Part shown: one piece after another, positions 10,322 through 20,434 of the stretch
Numbering within the stretch: the first letter of the stretch is position 1
How the letters are laid out: the number at the start of each line of letters is the position of its first letter
Source: a bacterium
GTDB lineage: Bacteria; Bdellovibrionota_C; UBA2361; CALJRW01
Assembly: GCA_031385045.1 (NCBI GenBank)
Contig: JANNBC010000015.1
Location: 1 to 64,000 of the forward strand
Direction of reading: 5' to 3'
Length of the DNA: 64,000 bases
The notes under the pieces: generated by a model
The model's input: the letters and a program-made list of their open reading frames with translations, nothing else
Database searches by the model: none
Told to the model about the DNA's origin: nothing
Program-made: the position numbers and the translations under genes

Positions 10322-11815
10322 TTAGATTCTATCATTGGGTAAATAAACTAAATTCTTATCTATAATGCTACTAAATCTGTATTCTTTTAAACACTCTATT
10401 TCCTCTTTTTGTTTACTAAATTGAGCAGTAATTACTAATAGCGAATTAGGGCTCCCTTGGTTTTTACAGTTTGAATTATAATTTTTTATCTCTGGGTAGA
10501 AGATAATTTTTTTATCAGGCAAATTATTTTTTGAAATAACTGGTGTATATCCAATAACGATTATGGACTTTCCTAGATACTCATTTGTTAAAAAGATTAA
10601 AAGCTCTTGGTTTCGGTGCATTTGATCCTGATAAAGACCAGCACTTCTAATTGAAGATTGAATTAATAAAATATAGATAAGTAATACTACGCCAATAGAA
10701 ACTCTTCCTAGATTTTTCTTACGATTATAAAGTTCTTTTAATAGTAAACTTAAAATAACTAAGCCTGGGATGGTCGCTTGAATAACATATGCTTTATAAA
10801 CAAAGTTATTCATTAAATTAAGCCCAAGCATCAAAAGTGTATACCATGCAAATGATAGGTATTTAGACTCTAGCTTAAGTTTTTTCCAGTAAATAATATA
10901 AATTAGTGAAGTAATTAAAGTTATGGCTAGTAAAACAGTTAAAATATAATCCTTGAAAATAAGTGTTGAATAAAATTCATACCAATTAGATTTTAAGGCT
11001 AATGCTGCATAAACTAAATAACTAAGTGGCATGGTCAATTTAAAAACTCCGGCTGGCCAAACAAGAAGCATTATCATTAAACTAATCAACAACAGCTTAC
11101 CCAAGAATTGGATACACTCTTTAAATTTAAGTTTTGAAAGATTAATAATTCCAGACTGCCAATTACTTAAGAACCAAGCACATGGAAGTAACAAGGAAAA
11201 CTCTAGAGAACAGAACGCCAGTACTAGGCAAAATATACAGCCATAAAGCTTATCTCTCTGGATGTTGCTTCCAGTTAAATTTAGAAAGGTTAAGGCTAGG
11301 AATAAATAGGTAAGGTGCGGTGAAACCAGCAGATTTAATTGCGCATCGATCAGTAGAAAAACCGTTAGTAGTAAAAATATAGTCCGCTCTAAGACAGTTT
11401 GTTTTGAATTATTAAATAGCCAGTAGATAGCAAAACATAGAATAAGAAAAATCGGAACAAGTCGTATATTAATATTTGGAAAAAATCCTTTAGTAATAAC
11501 AAAAGGATAAAATCCTACAGCACCGTGGTAGTGTCGAAAATTATGAATTGAATCTTGATATTTTTGAAAGGTATCAATGTCCTCTCCACTTTTAAATGAA
11601 CTAAAGGCATCAGCTAAATAAATCCAGGCACTTGGTGCCTTTGAATCTAAATAATTTGCGAGAAAACCTTGATTTGTAGATTGCATATAATCATTTTCAT
11701 CAGCATGAAAATGATATTTTGATACTTCAAATTTTAGATGAAAGAATAGTAAAATTGTGACTATCAGGAGCAATGCTAATAGTCTGTTTAAAGTTTCACT
11801 TTTTAAACTCAACAT
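10322..11815 (-). CDS. Polytopic membrane protein, possible GT-C fold glycosyltransferase
   Basis: Many hydrophobic segments; acidic ADE motif after the first TM helix. Confidence 0.45.
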   Translation of the reverse strand: MLSLKSETLNRLLALLLIVTILLFFHLKFEVSKYHFHADENDYMQSTNQGFLANYLDSKAPSAWIYLADAFSSFKSGEDIDTFQKYQDSIHNFRHYHGAVGFYPFVITKGFFPNINIRLVPIFLILCFAIYWLFNNSKQTVLERTIFLLLTVFLLIDAQLNLLVSPHLTYLFLALTFLNLTGSNIQRDKLYGCIFCLVLAFCSLEFSLLLPCAWFLSNWQSGIINLSKLKFKECIQFLGKLLLISLMIMLLVWPAGVFKLTMPLSYLVYAALALKSNWYEFYSTLIFKDYILTVLLAITLITSLIYIIYWKKLKLESKYLSFAWYTLLMLGLNLMNNFVYKAYVIQATIPGLVILSLLLKELYNRKKNLGRVSIGVVLLIYILLIQSSIRSAGLYQDQMHRNQELLIFLTNEYLGKSIIVIGYTPVISKNNLPDKKIIFYPEIKNYNSNCKNQGSPNSLLVITAQFSKQKEEIECLKEYRFSSIIDKNLVYLPNDRI

Positions 11816-12948
11816 AGATTAGAAATTACGAGATCTTGATAAGACTTATAGCTTGGCTTAGTTGCAAATTGTTTAGCAAATTCTTTGGCAAGAGCTGACT
11901 GATCTAGACCATGATTATCAATAAATTTACATAGTGCCATTTCTAATTCCTGTTGATTTGAAACTGCCGTACCAGTTAAGTCAACTTTAATTGCCTCTAG
12001 CTCCCCGCCACTTTTCCCACAGATGATTCTTAATCCGCAGGCTTGTGCCTCCACGTAAACCATCCCAAAACCTTCCAGATCAAATCCCGTATTAATACTT
12101 GGCATCACAAAAATATCAGATAAATGGTAATAATCTTTTTTTTGTTCGTCCGTAATATTTGTTAAAATCTGAACTCGTGCTTCAAGCTGATGATCTTTAA
12201 TAACCTTTCGAAGTTCTGCTTCTTGCTCTCCCGAGCCAATAATAATGTACTTGATGGAAGGTTTTTCAAGGTGATTAGAAATAATTGCTTTTAAAACTCC
12301 TAGCTGATTTTTACGTGGCGTTAGTCGACCAACAGTCAGTAAGATTATATCATTATTATTAAAACCATATTGGAGTCGTAACTCTTCTTTAGAATATTTT
12401 GACTCCAGTTCTTCTAGGTTGATACAAGGATGTAAGATTTCAATTTTTTGTGGTGATGATAAATTTAAAAGCTGCCCTTTCGTATAATTACTGTTAGCAA
12501 CTACTAAATCAATGTTTTTGATAATCAACTTATAAATTAATTTTAACTGTCGACTGCTATTGTAGGCTTTAAATTCTTCACCATGGGCGAAGCAAATAAT
12601 TTTAACCTTCTTCCAAGTAAGAAGCTTTGTAACTACAGCAACTAAGCCTTCTGGTAGTATCTTTGAGCAATGAATGTAATTTACTTCTCCAGAGACTAGT
12701 TCTTTGCGTAGAAGCTTCCACATCCGGAAATACTTAATTATTGAAGGGATTGAGGTGATACCCCAATCAGTTAACATAATGTCACCTTGAATTAATTGAG
12801 CATTAGGAAAAGGGTTATGACTTGGCTCTGAATATCGGTTTGTAATTACCTTTAACTCTCCTAAATGTTCTCGAAATAGATTTACTAACCACTGAATAGA
12901 ACCCCCTCGCTCCGGAAGAAATCTTTGAGTTAGAATAATATCCATCAA
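11809..12948 (-). CDS. Glycosyltransferase family 4
   Basis: FLPERGG, VGRLTPRKNQ, EGFGMVYVEAQACG. Confidence 0.9.
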   Translation of the reverse strand: MMDIILTQRFLPERGGSIQWLVNLFREHLGELKVITNRYSEPSHNPFPNAQLIQGDIMLTDWGITSIPSIIKYFRMWKLLRKELVSGEVNYIHCSKILPEGLVAVVTKLLTWKKVKIICFAHGEEFKAYNSSRQLKLIYKLIIKNIDLVVANSNYTKGQLLNLSSPQKIEILHPCINLEELESKYSKEELRLQYGFNNNDIILLTVGRLTPRKNQLGVLKAIISNHLEKPSIKYIIIGSGEQEAELRKVIKDHQLEARVQILTNITDEQKKDYYHLSDIFVMPSINTGFDLEGFGMVYVEAQACGLRIICGKSGGELEAIKVDLTGTAVSNQQELEMALCKFIDNHGLDQSALAKEFAKQFATKPSYKSYQDLVISNLC

Positions 12949-13799
12949 TCGCTTAGATCAGCAGACTCTCTTGGTGTGCGCTTGGGTGGAGTCGCTGGCT
13001 TGGCACGATCGTGCCCATATTCTCCATAATAATTCGTGTAGTAACGTCGGTAATGAGGATTTACTAAGTAATTATAAACATCAACACTATTAGGATTATT
13101 CACAAGGATGCAAGCTTTGCTTGGACAACTGTTACTTGCCAGAATTTGCTCGGCTTCATTAATCATATAGATTGGAGTGTCTTGGCCTCTAACGACTAGA
13201 ATTATAGCACTAACAACGCGACCAAGAATTGTGGCATCAACGACTTTCATCACAGGAGCAGTGTCAATCAGCACTAAATCAAAATCAGATTCTAAGTCTG
13301 GTAAAATTTCCATTATAAACTCGATCCAATTCTCTTTCTGAACAACTGGCAAGATTGATAGATCTGGAATTGGTGTATCAAAAATATAATCTCGAAGTTC
13401 GGCATTTACAGAACTATCTTCTGGTAAAGGTTTTAATTCAGTATGAGAAAAGAATCGTCCTAGTTGCGGTCTCCGCCAGTCAGCATCAACTAACAAAACT
13501 TTTTGATTATAATTACTAGCTAAACAAATAGCTAAATTACTAATAGTCGTGCTTTTTCCATCTGCTGGTTGAGGGCTTGTGACCAAAAGTGAGCGGATAT
13601 TTTTTAATTCTTTATTGTGCAGTAGCGCTCCAGCAATCTGATTATATTGCTGAGAAACAAAACACCCGGGATCATGATAGGCAATTAATTGCGGAGATAA
13701 TGGTGATTCAATTAAATCATTAATGAAATACTCTTGAGAAAAGTTTTTGAAAAATTCTTTGGCCTTATTCCACATATTCTTTACCTGTAATAGAGCCAA
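12945..13799 (-). CDS. CpsD/CapB-family bacterial tyrosine kinase
   Basis: Walker A SPQPADGKST, A' VDAD, B IDTAP, C-terminal Tyr cluster YNY...YRRYYTNYYGEY. Confidence 0.85.
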   Translation of the reverse strand: MALLQVKNMWNKAKEFFKNFSQEYFINDLIESPLSPQLIAYHDPGCFVSQQYNQIAGALLHNKELKNIRSLLVTSPQPADGKSTTISNLAICLASNYNQKVLLVDADWRRPQLGRFFSHTELKPLPEDSSVNAELRDYIFDTPIPDLSILPVVQKENWIEFIMEILPDLESDFDLVLIDTAPVMKVVDATILGRVVSAIILVVRGQDTPIYMINEAEQILASNSCPSKACILVNNPNSVDVYNYLVNPHYRRYYTNYYGEYGHDRAKPATPPKRTPRESADLSD

Positions 13800-15400
13800 A
13801 CTAAAACTACATAAGCTAGCAATCCAATACCTGACATCATGTAAATCTTTCTTTGCACTAATGCCTTAGATCTCAGGCCAAAACTATCAACCGCTCCGAG
13901 TACAGGTTTATTAACAACAACACTTAACTGTGCGATAGAATAAACTCGAGTATCAAACATGGCGATTACTGAGGCAATCATAAATAATACACCAAAGGTA
14001 ATAGCCAAGATCATGATCATTGTTGGTAGCCCTGCTAAGGCGATTGGTTCCTTAGGAAACTGTGGTTGTTCCACAATCTTAACTGATAATCCAAACTTAT
14101 CTTGATCAATGCTATTTTCTCTTTGCATCACAGCTAAGCGCTTAGACATTTGGGCATAAGAATGAGATGCCACTATTTTCTGACTTTCTAATTCAATTAA
14201 TTTAGATCTTCGCTCTGAAAGTTCCTTGAGTTTATCATCAAGGGTAATATTTTTATCACTAAACTTACTTTGATATGCCCGTGTTACTTCTAAACGATCA
14301 TTTAATAATTGAATCTCTTGGACTTTATCTTCAATTTTTTTAGTTTGTCTTTTTTCCAAGCGAAGCCTAGCAAGCTCTTCGTTTTCTTTATTAAGTCCTA
14401 GCTGTAGGTTTAATACTTTTTGTTTTTTTAGATTATTAATACTTTCAATTTCCTTAGTCGCTGCTAAAACATCGGGATGTGCTAATAGAAAGCCCTTACT
14501 AGTTAACTCACTAAGTTGTTGCTTCTTAGCAATTAATCGCTGATTTAGGCTATCAATTTCGGCATCTTTGTTGGCATTTAAAACAACTTCAAGATCTTCG
14601 GCATTATTGAGATATTCTTTTGATTTTAAGTCAGCTTCTAGCTGTTCCATTTCCTTTTTAGCAATTTCTAATTGAAATTCTAATTCAGAAACTGATTCGC
14701 TAAAGTTTAAAGCTTTTTCTAGATTCTTCTCAATGTCATAGTTCATTGGTGCTAAGTCGAGAATCTTTTCAATACTTTGGAATTGTTTATCATGCTCTTC
14801 CAAAACCTGTAAGGGAAGTCCACTGCGGATTCGAACAATTTCTTGTTCAATTTTACTTAACTCCACGCGAGTCTTTTCAACTTCTTGTTTTAGAAACTCA
14901 ACTCCAGTTTGCAAACGATTACTAGTTACTTCCTTATTGTGCTCAACTAGCTGAGCTAAGGTTTCTTTTACAACTTTAAAAGCAAGTAGTGGATCGGTAT
15001 TACTAAAATCGACACTTAGAGCTTGGGGGTTATCTCTTTGAAAGCGAATTTGAACACCATTTCGAGAACGAAGATAGGCAATCTTACCATTCTGAGCGGC
15101 TTCATTACCAATGGTCTCGGGCCAGACGGCATTAACGATTTTTTTAACTGGGGCTCCATAAAGTAAGGAACGAGTAACTTGAACTGGCTGATCCTCAAAT
15201 TTGTCTAGGAGGGTAAAGTATTCCTCAAGAGGAATGTAATTTGATTCGAATAAGACAATTGCTTCAGATCTAAAAATCTTTAATTGACTGATGTAGGCTA
15301 CCGTTGCAATAAATACCATTAAAAATGGAATAATAAAGAACAGGTGCCAGCGACGAAAAACTGTTAATATTTTACTAGCTGAAAAATCTTGATTGTTCAT
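13781..15400 (-). CDS. Polysaccharide co-polymerase (GumC/Wzc-type periplasmic part)
   Basis: N- and C-terminal TM helices, long coiled coil, HPDV, VEQPQFPKEP. Confidence 0.75.
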   Translation of the reverse strand: MNNQDFSASKILTVFRRWHLFFIIPFLMVFIATVAYISQLKIFRSEAIVLFESNYIPLEEYFTLLDKFEDQPVQVTRSLLYGAPVKKIVNAVWPETIGNEAAQNGKIAYLRSRNGVQIRFQRDNPQALSVDFSNTDPLLAFKVVKETLAQLVEHNKEVTSNRLQTGVEFLKQEVEKTRVELSKIEQEIVRIRSGLPLQVLEEHDKQFQSIEKILDLAPMNYDIEKNLEKALNFSESVSELEFQLEIAKKEMEQLEADLKSKEYLNNAEDLEVVLNANKDAEIDSLNQRLIAKKQQLSELTSKGFLLAHPDVLAATKEIESINNLKKQKVLNLQLGLNKENEELARLRLEKRQTKKIEDKVQEIQLLNDRLEVTRAYQSKFSDKNITLDDKLKELSERRSKLIELESQKIVASHSYAQMSKRLAVMQRENSIDQDKFGLSVKIVEQPQFPKEPIALAGLPTMIMILAITFGVLFMIASVIAMFDTRVYSIAQLSVVVNKPVLGAVDSFGLRSKALVQRKIYMMSGIGLLAYVVLVWLYYR

Positions 15401-15413
15401 GAAACTCTAATTG

Positions 15414-17174
15414 CTATTTTTGCAAGATGACCGCTTCTGGGTGCAAATTGATATCGCTTAATCTTAGCAAGGCTTCCTGTATTACAGCAAGAGTATTAGA
15501 TTGATTATTAGCTACCAAGAAAATCAAGTCACTATTACTGGCTACTAATTGACTACTTATATCAGTAGCCAAAGAGCCTGCACTAATTAAAACATAATCA
15601 AAGCGATTTACTAGGGATTTCAAGGCCTGCGTGAAACGAGGCTTTAGTAGTAACCTTTGAGCTCCTTCTTGCTCTTGACCAATTGGCATAATAAATAAAT
15701 TCTCTAACCAGCTTTGGTGTAAGCAATTATCTAATTTTTGGGTGCGAGTTAAAAATTCTGAGAACCCATATTTTTCATTTTCCAGATCATACTGTCGACT
15801 TAGCTCAAAACTACCGAATGAGGCATCAAGCATCAGTACTTTTGAGGAATACTTGGCCATTGCTACAGCCAAATTACTTACCACTACAGTCTGATTAAGC
15901 GATTCGTCAGTAGCTGAGAAAAATAAAATTTTCTTGTCTTCTGCTCGAGCATTAATCATAATCTTTGCAGCCAGTTCATTAATCTGATTCTGAGCAATTT
16001 GATTCTCTAAGTTACTACTCAAAACTGGAACTGGTAAAAATTGCTTATTAATAACAGCAGGCAAGCTTGTTGGCTTAGCTTGTCCCTGCTCGCCAGCAAT
16101 TAGGAATAAGTTTCCATTTACGGGACTTTTCTGAATGCGACTTCCATTTTTATTTAAATCAATTTGTGGAAAAGAATAAACTTTCTCAATTTCAATCGAT
16201 GACTTTAAATCCTGTACACCTAGTACCGGATCTCGATATCTAAAAACCCGGTAGGCAATCACTAATAACAAAAGCATTCCGACACAACTTGGCAGCAAAA
16301 CCTTAAATAACCAAAAGCTTAACTGACTTGCATTTATTAAGCGTGCTTTAGGTAATTGAAACTGATAATTTTTATCACTAAATAAAGCAATTTGCTCTTC
16401 TAATCCGAGCTTCTTTTGTGTTGCCTGTGAAATTTGATTTTTGAGATTAAGGATAATTTCAGATGTGGCAGTAGAACTAACAGAATCAGTAACCTTACTC
16501 TCTAATAGGTCATCATACTCTGGCATTGTTCGCCCCATCTGCTGGTACTTAATTTTAATTTCTCCTAGCATTTCTTGGATTAATGGATGCTTTACTGCAT
16601 AGGTGCTGGCTAATTTTTGCAATCCTAAAAGATCCTCGGATAACTTTGATTTGAGTAAAGATTCTTCTGTTGATTTAAGTTCTAGGTTCCAAGTGTTTAT
16701 TTGCTGTTCAATTTTTTTGAATTGATCCTTTAACTTACTAAGCTCAACTGTCTGCCGCTCTTTAATGCTGTTAGCATTTTTTTCTACTAATTCTGCTAAC
16801 TGGATTTCTAAAATCTTACTGCCAACTTCATAGGAATAACTTGGCAAGGAAACCTGCAGTCCCATTTCTGAATTTTTAAACTGTAAGTCTTGCAAAACAG
16901 CAGACCATTCGAGCAACAGCATGCTAGGTCCCTCGGTGGATTGCAGATCAGATACTGATTTCTTTACAAATTCTGATTCTTGCCACTGATCTTGCAGATT
17001 AAACTCCACGTTTTTAATCTGTTCAACAAGTGCCGGAGACAAATCAATTCCCGCGAAGCTCGTGGCTTGCCCTGAAAAAAGAAGATAGCAAACACCGGAG
17101 AGCAATAAAAAGCTTAGTGCTACTAAAGTAATCTTAGATTGAATTAATTTTACAAAGGCTTCCAATCTTCCCAT
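15414..17174 (-). CDS. Wzc-like co-polymerase with degenerate cytoplasmic kinase domain
   Basis: TM-coiled coil (HPLI)-TM, then a BY-kinase-like region with Walker A as SATDESLNQT and Walker B as LISAG. Confidence 0.7.
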   Translation of the reverse strand: MGRLEAFVKLIQSKITLVALSFLLLSGVCYLLFSGQATSFAGIDLSPALVEQIKNVEFNLQDQWQESEFVKKSVSDLQSTEGPSMLLLEWSAVLQDLQFKNSEMGLQVSLPSYSYEVGSKILEIQLAELVEKNANSIKERQTVELSKLKDQFKKIEQQINTWNLELKSTEESLLKSKLSEDLLGLQKLASTYAVKHPLIQEMLGEIKIKYQQMGRTMPEYDDLLESKVTDSVSSTATSEIILNLKNQISQATQKKLGLEEQIALFSDKNYQFQLPKARLINASQLSFWLFKVLLPSCVGMLLLLVIAYRVFRYRDPVLGVQDLKSSIEIEKVYSFPQIDLNKNGSRIQKSPVNGNLFLIAGEQGQAKPTSLPAVINKQFLPVPVLSSNLENQIAQNQINELAAKIMINARAEDKKILFFSATDESLNQTVVVSNLAVAMAKYSSKVLMLDASFGSFELSRQYDLENEKYGFSEFLTRTQKLDNCLHQSWLENLFIMPIGQEQEGAQRLLLKPRFTQALKSLVNRFDYVLISAGSLATDISSQLVASNSDLIFLVANNQSNTLAVIQEALLRLSDINLHPEAVILQK

Positions 17175-17195
17175 TGTTACAGCAGGTATTAAAGA

Positions 17196-18542
17196 TTACC
17201 GATTGATATCAACTGCCCGGTCAACATTTGTTATTGAACCTGTTAGCTGATTAATTAAATTAACAGACTGTTCCTGACCAAAACGACCTTTTTTACTTGG
17301 AACATAAATAATATCACCATCTCTTAGGCGAACATCCTGTCCTGCCCAAAGGACAATTTTTTCTAAATCAACATTTAGAATCGACTTATTTGCGAAATGA
17401 ATTTCACGATAGATGTACAGATTATTAATATCAGCAGAATAGGTTAAACCACGAGCTGCTGTTAGCGCAGAAAATAGTGTTGGTTTAATTCCTCCACCAC
17501 TTCCACCACCGCCACTGCCTGCTCCACCTTGGCTACTACTGGCAACCTGATAAGTACCGCGCCCATTAACTTCTCCAAAGATTTGTACTAAAGCAGGTGG
17601 TGGAATATAAATAATATCACCCGGCTTTAAAATTAGTCTCAGCGGAGCACGAGTGGCGCCACCAAAAATCTCTTCGGTATCAATTTCAATTCTAGCATTA
17701 GGATCATACTTGGCTAGTAACTCTTCTTGAGTAACATTGTTATCAAATGGGTAACATGCTTTTACACGGAACTTAGTTCCTTCTGGAGTGAACTCACGTC
17801 CGTCACAGTCTTCATTTTCAAAAGTCTTACCAACCCAATTAGATACAGAGAAAGAATTAAATCTTTCAACTAAGTCTTTATTTGCTTTAACATCCTGAGT
17901 ACCACTTGGAGCTGGGTAGAAGTGAATGACTCCGCCACTAAATAAATTGCTGTCACCGACTTCTAATAGTAGATCAACTAAGGAGTAAGTATTATTTTTA
18001 ATTGGATAAGCAGAGCGGATCTTACGATTATCGTTAGCACCTGCATTGTTATTATTAGCATTCATCAACCACACAACGTTAGCGGAATAAGAAGTAACTT
18101 GCAGATCGACTTGTGGATCGACAACATAATCAGTAACTAGCGACTCAATAAATTCAATTGCTTCAGTTTCGGTAAGACCTGCTAAAGTTACCTTACCAAC
18201 AAATGGTAAGCGAATAGTACCATCGGGCCTAATCGTGTAGGTCTTAGATACTTCAACGAAATTTTTAACAGTAAGATTTACCTCATCCCCGGCACCAATC
18301 TGATATAAGCTTGTTGGATTTTGAACGGAATCAAAAGTTCGGGCATCAATGAGTGCTTCCAGGCGTTTTCGTTGTTCTTGCTCATAACGATAAAACCCTG
18401 TAACTCCGACTCTTTGTTCAGCAGGATCAAATTTACCATACTGCTTAACAAGCTCTTTGCGGGAATCAATGTATCTAACGCAACTGATTAAAGCACAACT
18501 TACTATAATCATTGATAAAAATTTTATATTACGGGAAATCAC
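17196..18542 (-). CDS. Wza/OPX polysaccharide export lipoprotein
   Basis: Lipobox-like LISC; YQIGAGDEV...IRPDGTIRLPFVG (Poly_export); SLBB-like LKPGDIIYIP and LRDGDIIYVP. Confidence 0.85.
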   Translation of the reverse strand: MISRNIKFLSMIIVSCALISCVRYIDSRKELVKQYGKFDPAEQRVGVTGFYRYEQEQRKRLEALIDARTFDSVQNPTSLYQIGAGDEVNLTVKNFVEVSKTYTIRPDGTIRLPFVGKVTLAGLTETEAIEFIESLVTDYVVDPQVDLQVTSYSANVVWLMNANNNNAGANDNRKIRSAYPIKNNTYSLVDLLLEVGDSNLFSGGVIHFYPAPSGTQDVKANKDLVERFNSFSVSNWVGKTFENEDCDGREFTPEGTKFRVKACYPFDNNVTQEELLAKYDPNARIEIDTEEIFGGATRAPLRLILKPGDIIYIPPPALVQIFGEVNGRGTYQVASSSQGGAGSGGGGSGGGIKPTLFSALTAARGLTYSADINNLYIYREIHFANKSILNVDLEKIVLWAGQDVRLRDGDIIYVPSKKGRFGQEQSVNLINQLTGSITNVDRAVDINR

Positions 18543-18735
18543 AGGGATGCTTAGGGTTCTAAAATTATACTAATAAGACAATAATACTAATTACTTATTA
18601 ACAATTGAGCAAGTTCCTAAATTAAAGTACTGTTAATAATATCAATAGGCTCTATTAAGTTGACTACAGAAATTCACCTCAAATAACTCTGACTCATTAT
18701 TTAATGATAAATGACACTTTAAAAAGATTGCTTGC

Positions 18736-19818
18736 TTGTCTAAAAAATTACTAATCAAACACCTAGGATGGCAAGATGCCGAGCAATCCAATAAACTTAA
18801 TTCTCTTTATCAAGACTTTCGCTGGTTAAAAATTATTCAACAAGCTTTTGGTCACGAGTCCGTGGTACTTATCGCCGAGGAATCAGGATTACAAAGAGCT
18901 TACCTCCCTTTGGTTAAACTACGAAATCCAATCTTCGGTAACAGCCTAATTTCACTACCTTTTCTAAATGGTGGTGGTTTGTTTTTTGATCAATCAAACT
19001 CCCTACCGGCAATGAATCAAGAGAATAACTTCTCAAACCAAGAAATCGCTGAAGCAATTTATCAAGCCCTAGAAAGTAAAATAAGCAATTATGACTATTT
19101 AGAACTTCGCACTAACTCCAAAGATCTTAGCACTCATCCCAATTTTATCTGCCGAGATCATAAAGTAACCTTTATTCTAAAGTTAAACTCAAATCCTCAG
19201 TTGCTCTTAGAGACTTTTTCCAAAAAATTAAGAGCTCAGATTAAGAGACCAGAAAAATCCTCTGCACAGTCTCGAGTTATCAAAGGATCTGAAATAAGTG
19301 AAAATGATATCAATCTTTTTTATCAAACGATTGCCGAACACTGGCGTGATCTAGGTTCTCCAATTTATCCTAAAAAATTCTTTGAACTTGTAATCTCAGA
19401 ATTTAAAGAACAAGTTTTGCTAAGTTTTGTAGAAATAAACAATCATGTCTCTTCAGTTGGACTAACAATCATCCAAGATCAACAAGCTGAAATTTGCTGG
19501 GCAGCTTCCTTAAAAGAATTTAACTTGGCTTCTCCGAACATGCTGCTCTACTGGTCAACAATTGAAAAACTTTGCGAGCTTGGAATTAAAACCTTTGATT
19601 TTGGAAGATGCACCAAAGATTCAGGAACCTATCATTTTAAAAAGCAATGGGGTGGAAGTGAAGAACAGCTTTACTGGTACTATCTAAAGTCATCTAAAAA
19701 AATTCCTAATATCAGTGCTGACAACCCTAAATTCAAACTGGCAGTTAAGGTTTGGAAGAGATTACCAGTTTGGCTAGCAACTTTTATTGGTAATCGGATT
19801 AGTAAGTTTTTTCCGTAA
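18736..19818 (+). CDS. FemAB-like GNAT protein of the type associated with PEP-CTERM/exosortase systems
   Basis: SLPFLNGGG, YLELR, SPNMLLYW, FDFGR, HFKKQWG, WKRLP. Confidence 0.8.
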   Translation: MSKKLLIKHLGWQDAEQSNKLNSLYQDFRWLKIIQQAFGHESVVLIAEESGLQRAYLPLVKLRNPIFGNSLISLPFLNGGGLFFDQSNSLPAMNQENNFSNQEIAEAIYQALESKISNYDYLELRTNSKDLSTHPNFICRDHKVTFILKLNSNPQLLLETFSKKLRAQIKRPEKSSAQSRVIKGSEISENDINLFYQTIAEHWRDLGSPIYPKKFFELVISEFKEQVLLSFVEINNHVSSVGLTIIQDQQAEICWAASLKEFNLASPNMLLYWSTIEKLCELGIKTFDFGRCTKDSGTYHFKKQWGGSEEQLYWYYLKSSKKIPNISADNPKFKLAVKVWKRLPVWLATFIGNRISKFFP

Positions 19819-19821
19819 TAA

Positions 19822-20322
19822 CTATTGAATATTACGAGAAAATTGATCAGAGGCCTCAACTGGAGGGAGAGTCTCTTCTTCTAAAATATCTACCTGCTGA
19901 CTTAAAACAAAATCAGAATCATTCGGATTCAACTTTTTTTTTAGATCAATCTCACGCAGCTCAATTGATTTTAGCGAACTAGTTGTCATTTCTAATTCTT
20001 CTAAGCGCTCTACTGGTGTAGGTAATTTTTCAAGAACAGTTTTAAGAGCAGAATCATAAGAGCGAACAGTATGCGTTAAACCTTTATGCAGATCATAAAG
20101 ACTTTCGTAAAGATCGCCAGCAATTTCTTTTTCTTTGATTAAGCTTTTCTTTCGTTCTTCTAGTAATTGATCGCTAGAAGTATCCTTATGGCTCAAGCGA
20201 GAGATAATCATCCCCAGTAATAATCCAGAAAGTGTGGCTATGGCAAAGATTTCAAAAGGGTGGATAATCATAATGTGCTTGATAGAGGGGTAAACTAAGA
20301 ATCCTAGCTTGATAAGACTCAA
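19822..20322 (-). CDS. Hypothetical membrane-anchored coiled-coil protein (start may be near 20271)
   Basis: One TM segment followed by a helical region. Confidence 0.5.
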   Translation of the reverse strand: MSLIKLGFLVYPSIKHIMIIHPFEIFAIATLSGLLLGMIISRLSHKDTSSDQLLEERKKSLIKEKEIAGDLYESLYDLHKGLTHTVRSYDSALKTVLEKLPTPVERLEELEMTTSSLKSIELREIDLKKKLNPNDSDFVLSQQVDILEEETLPPVEASDQFSRNIQ

Positions 20323-20434
20323 GTGATCAATTTACGCAATTTGCCAAGCTTATTCAAGATTAATTTTCAAACCAACGCTTAATTGTGGATAAAAGTTAAG
20401 CTTATATTCCTTGAACTTTAGAACTTGAGGAAAA

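Noticed and set aside
17491..17540. CCACC-rich repeat in wza
   Set aside because: Encodes a Gly/Ser linker; not a DNA-level repeat element.
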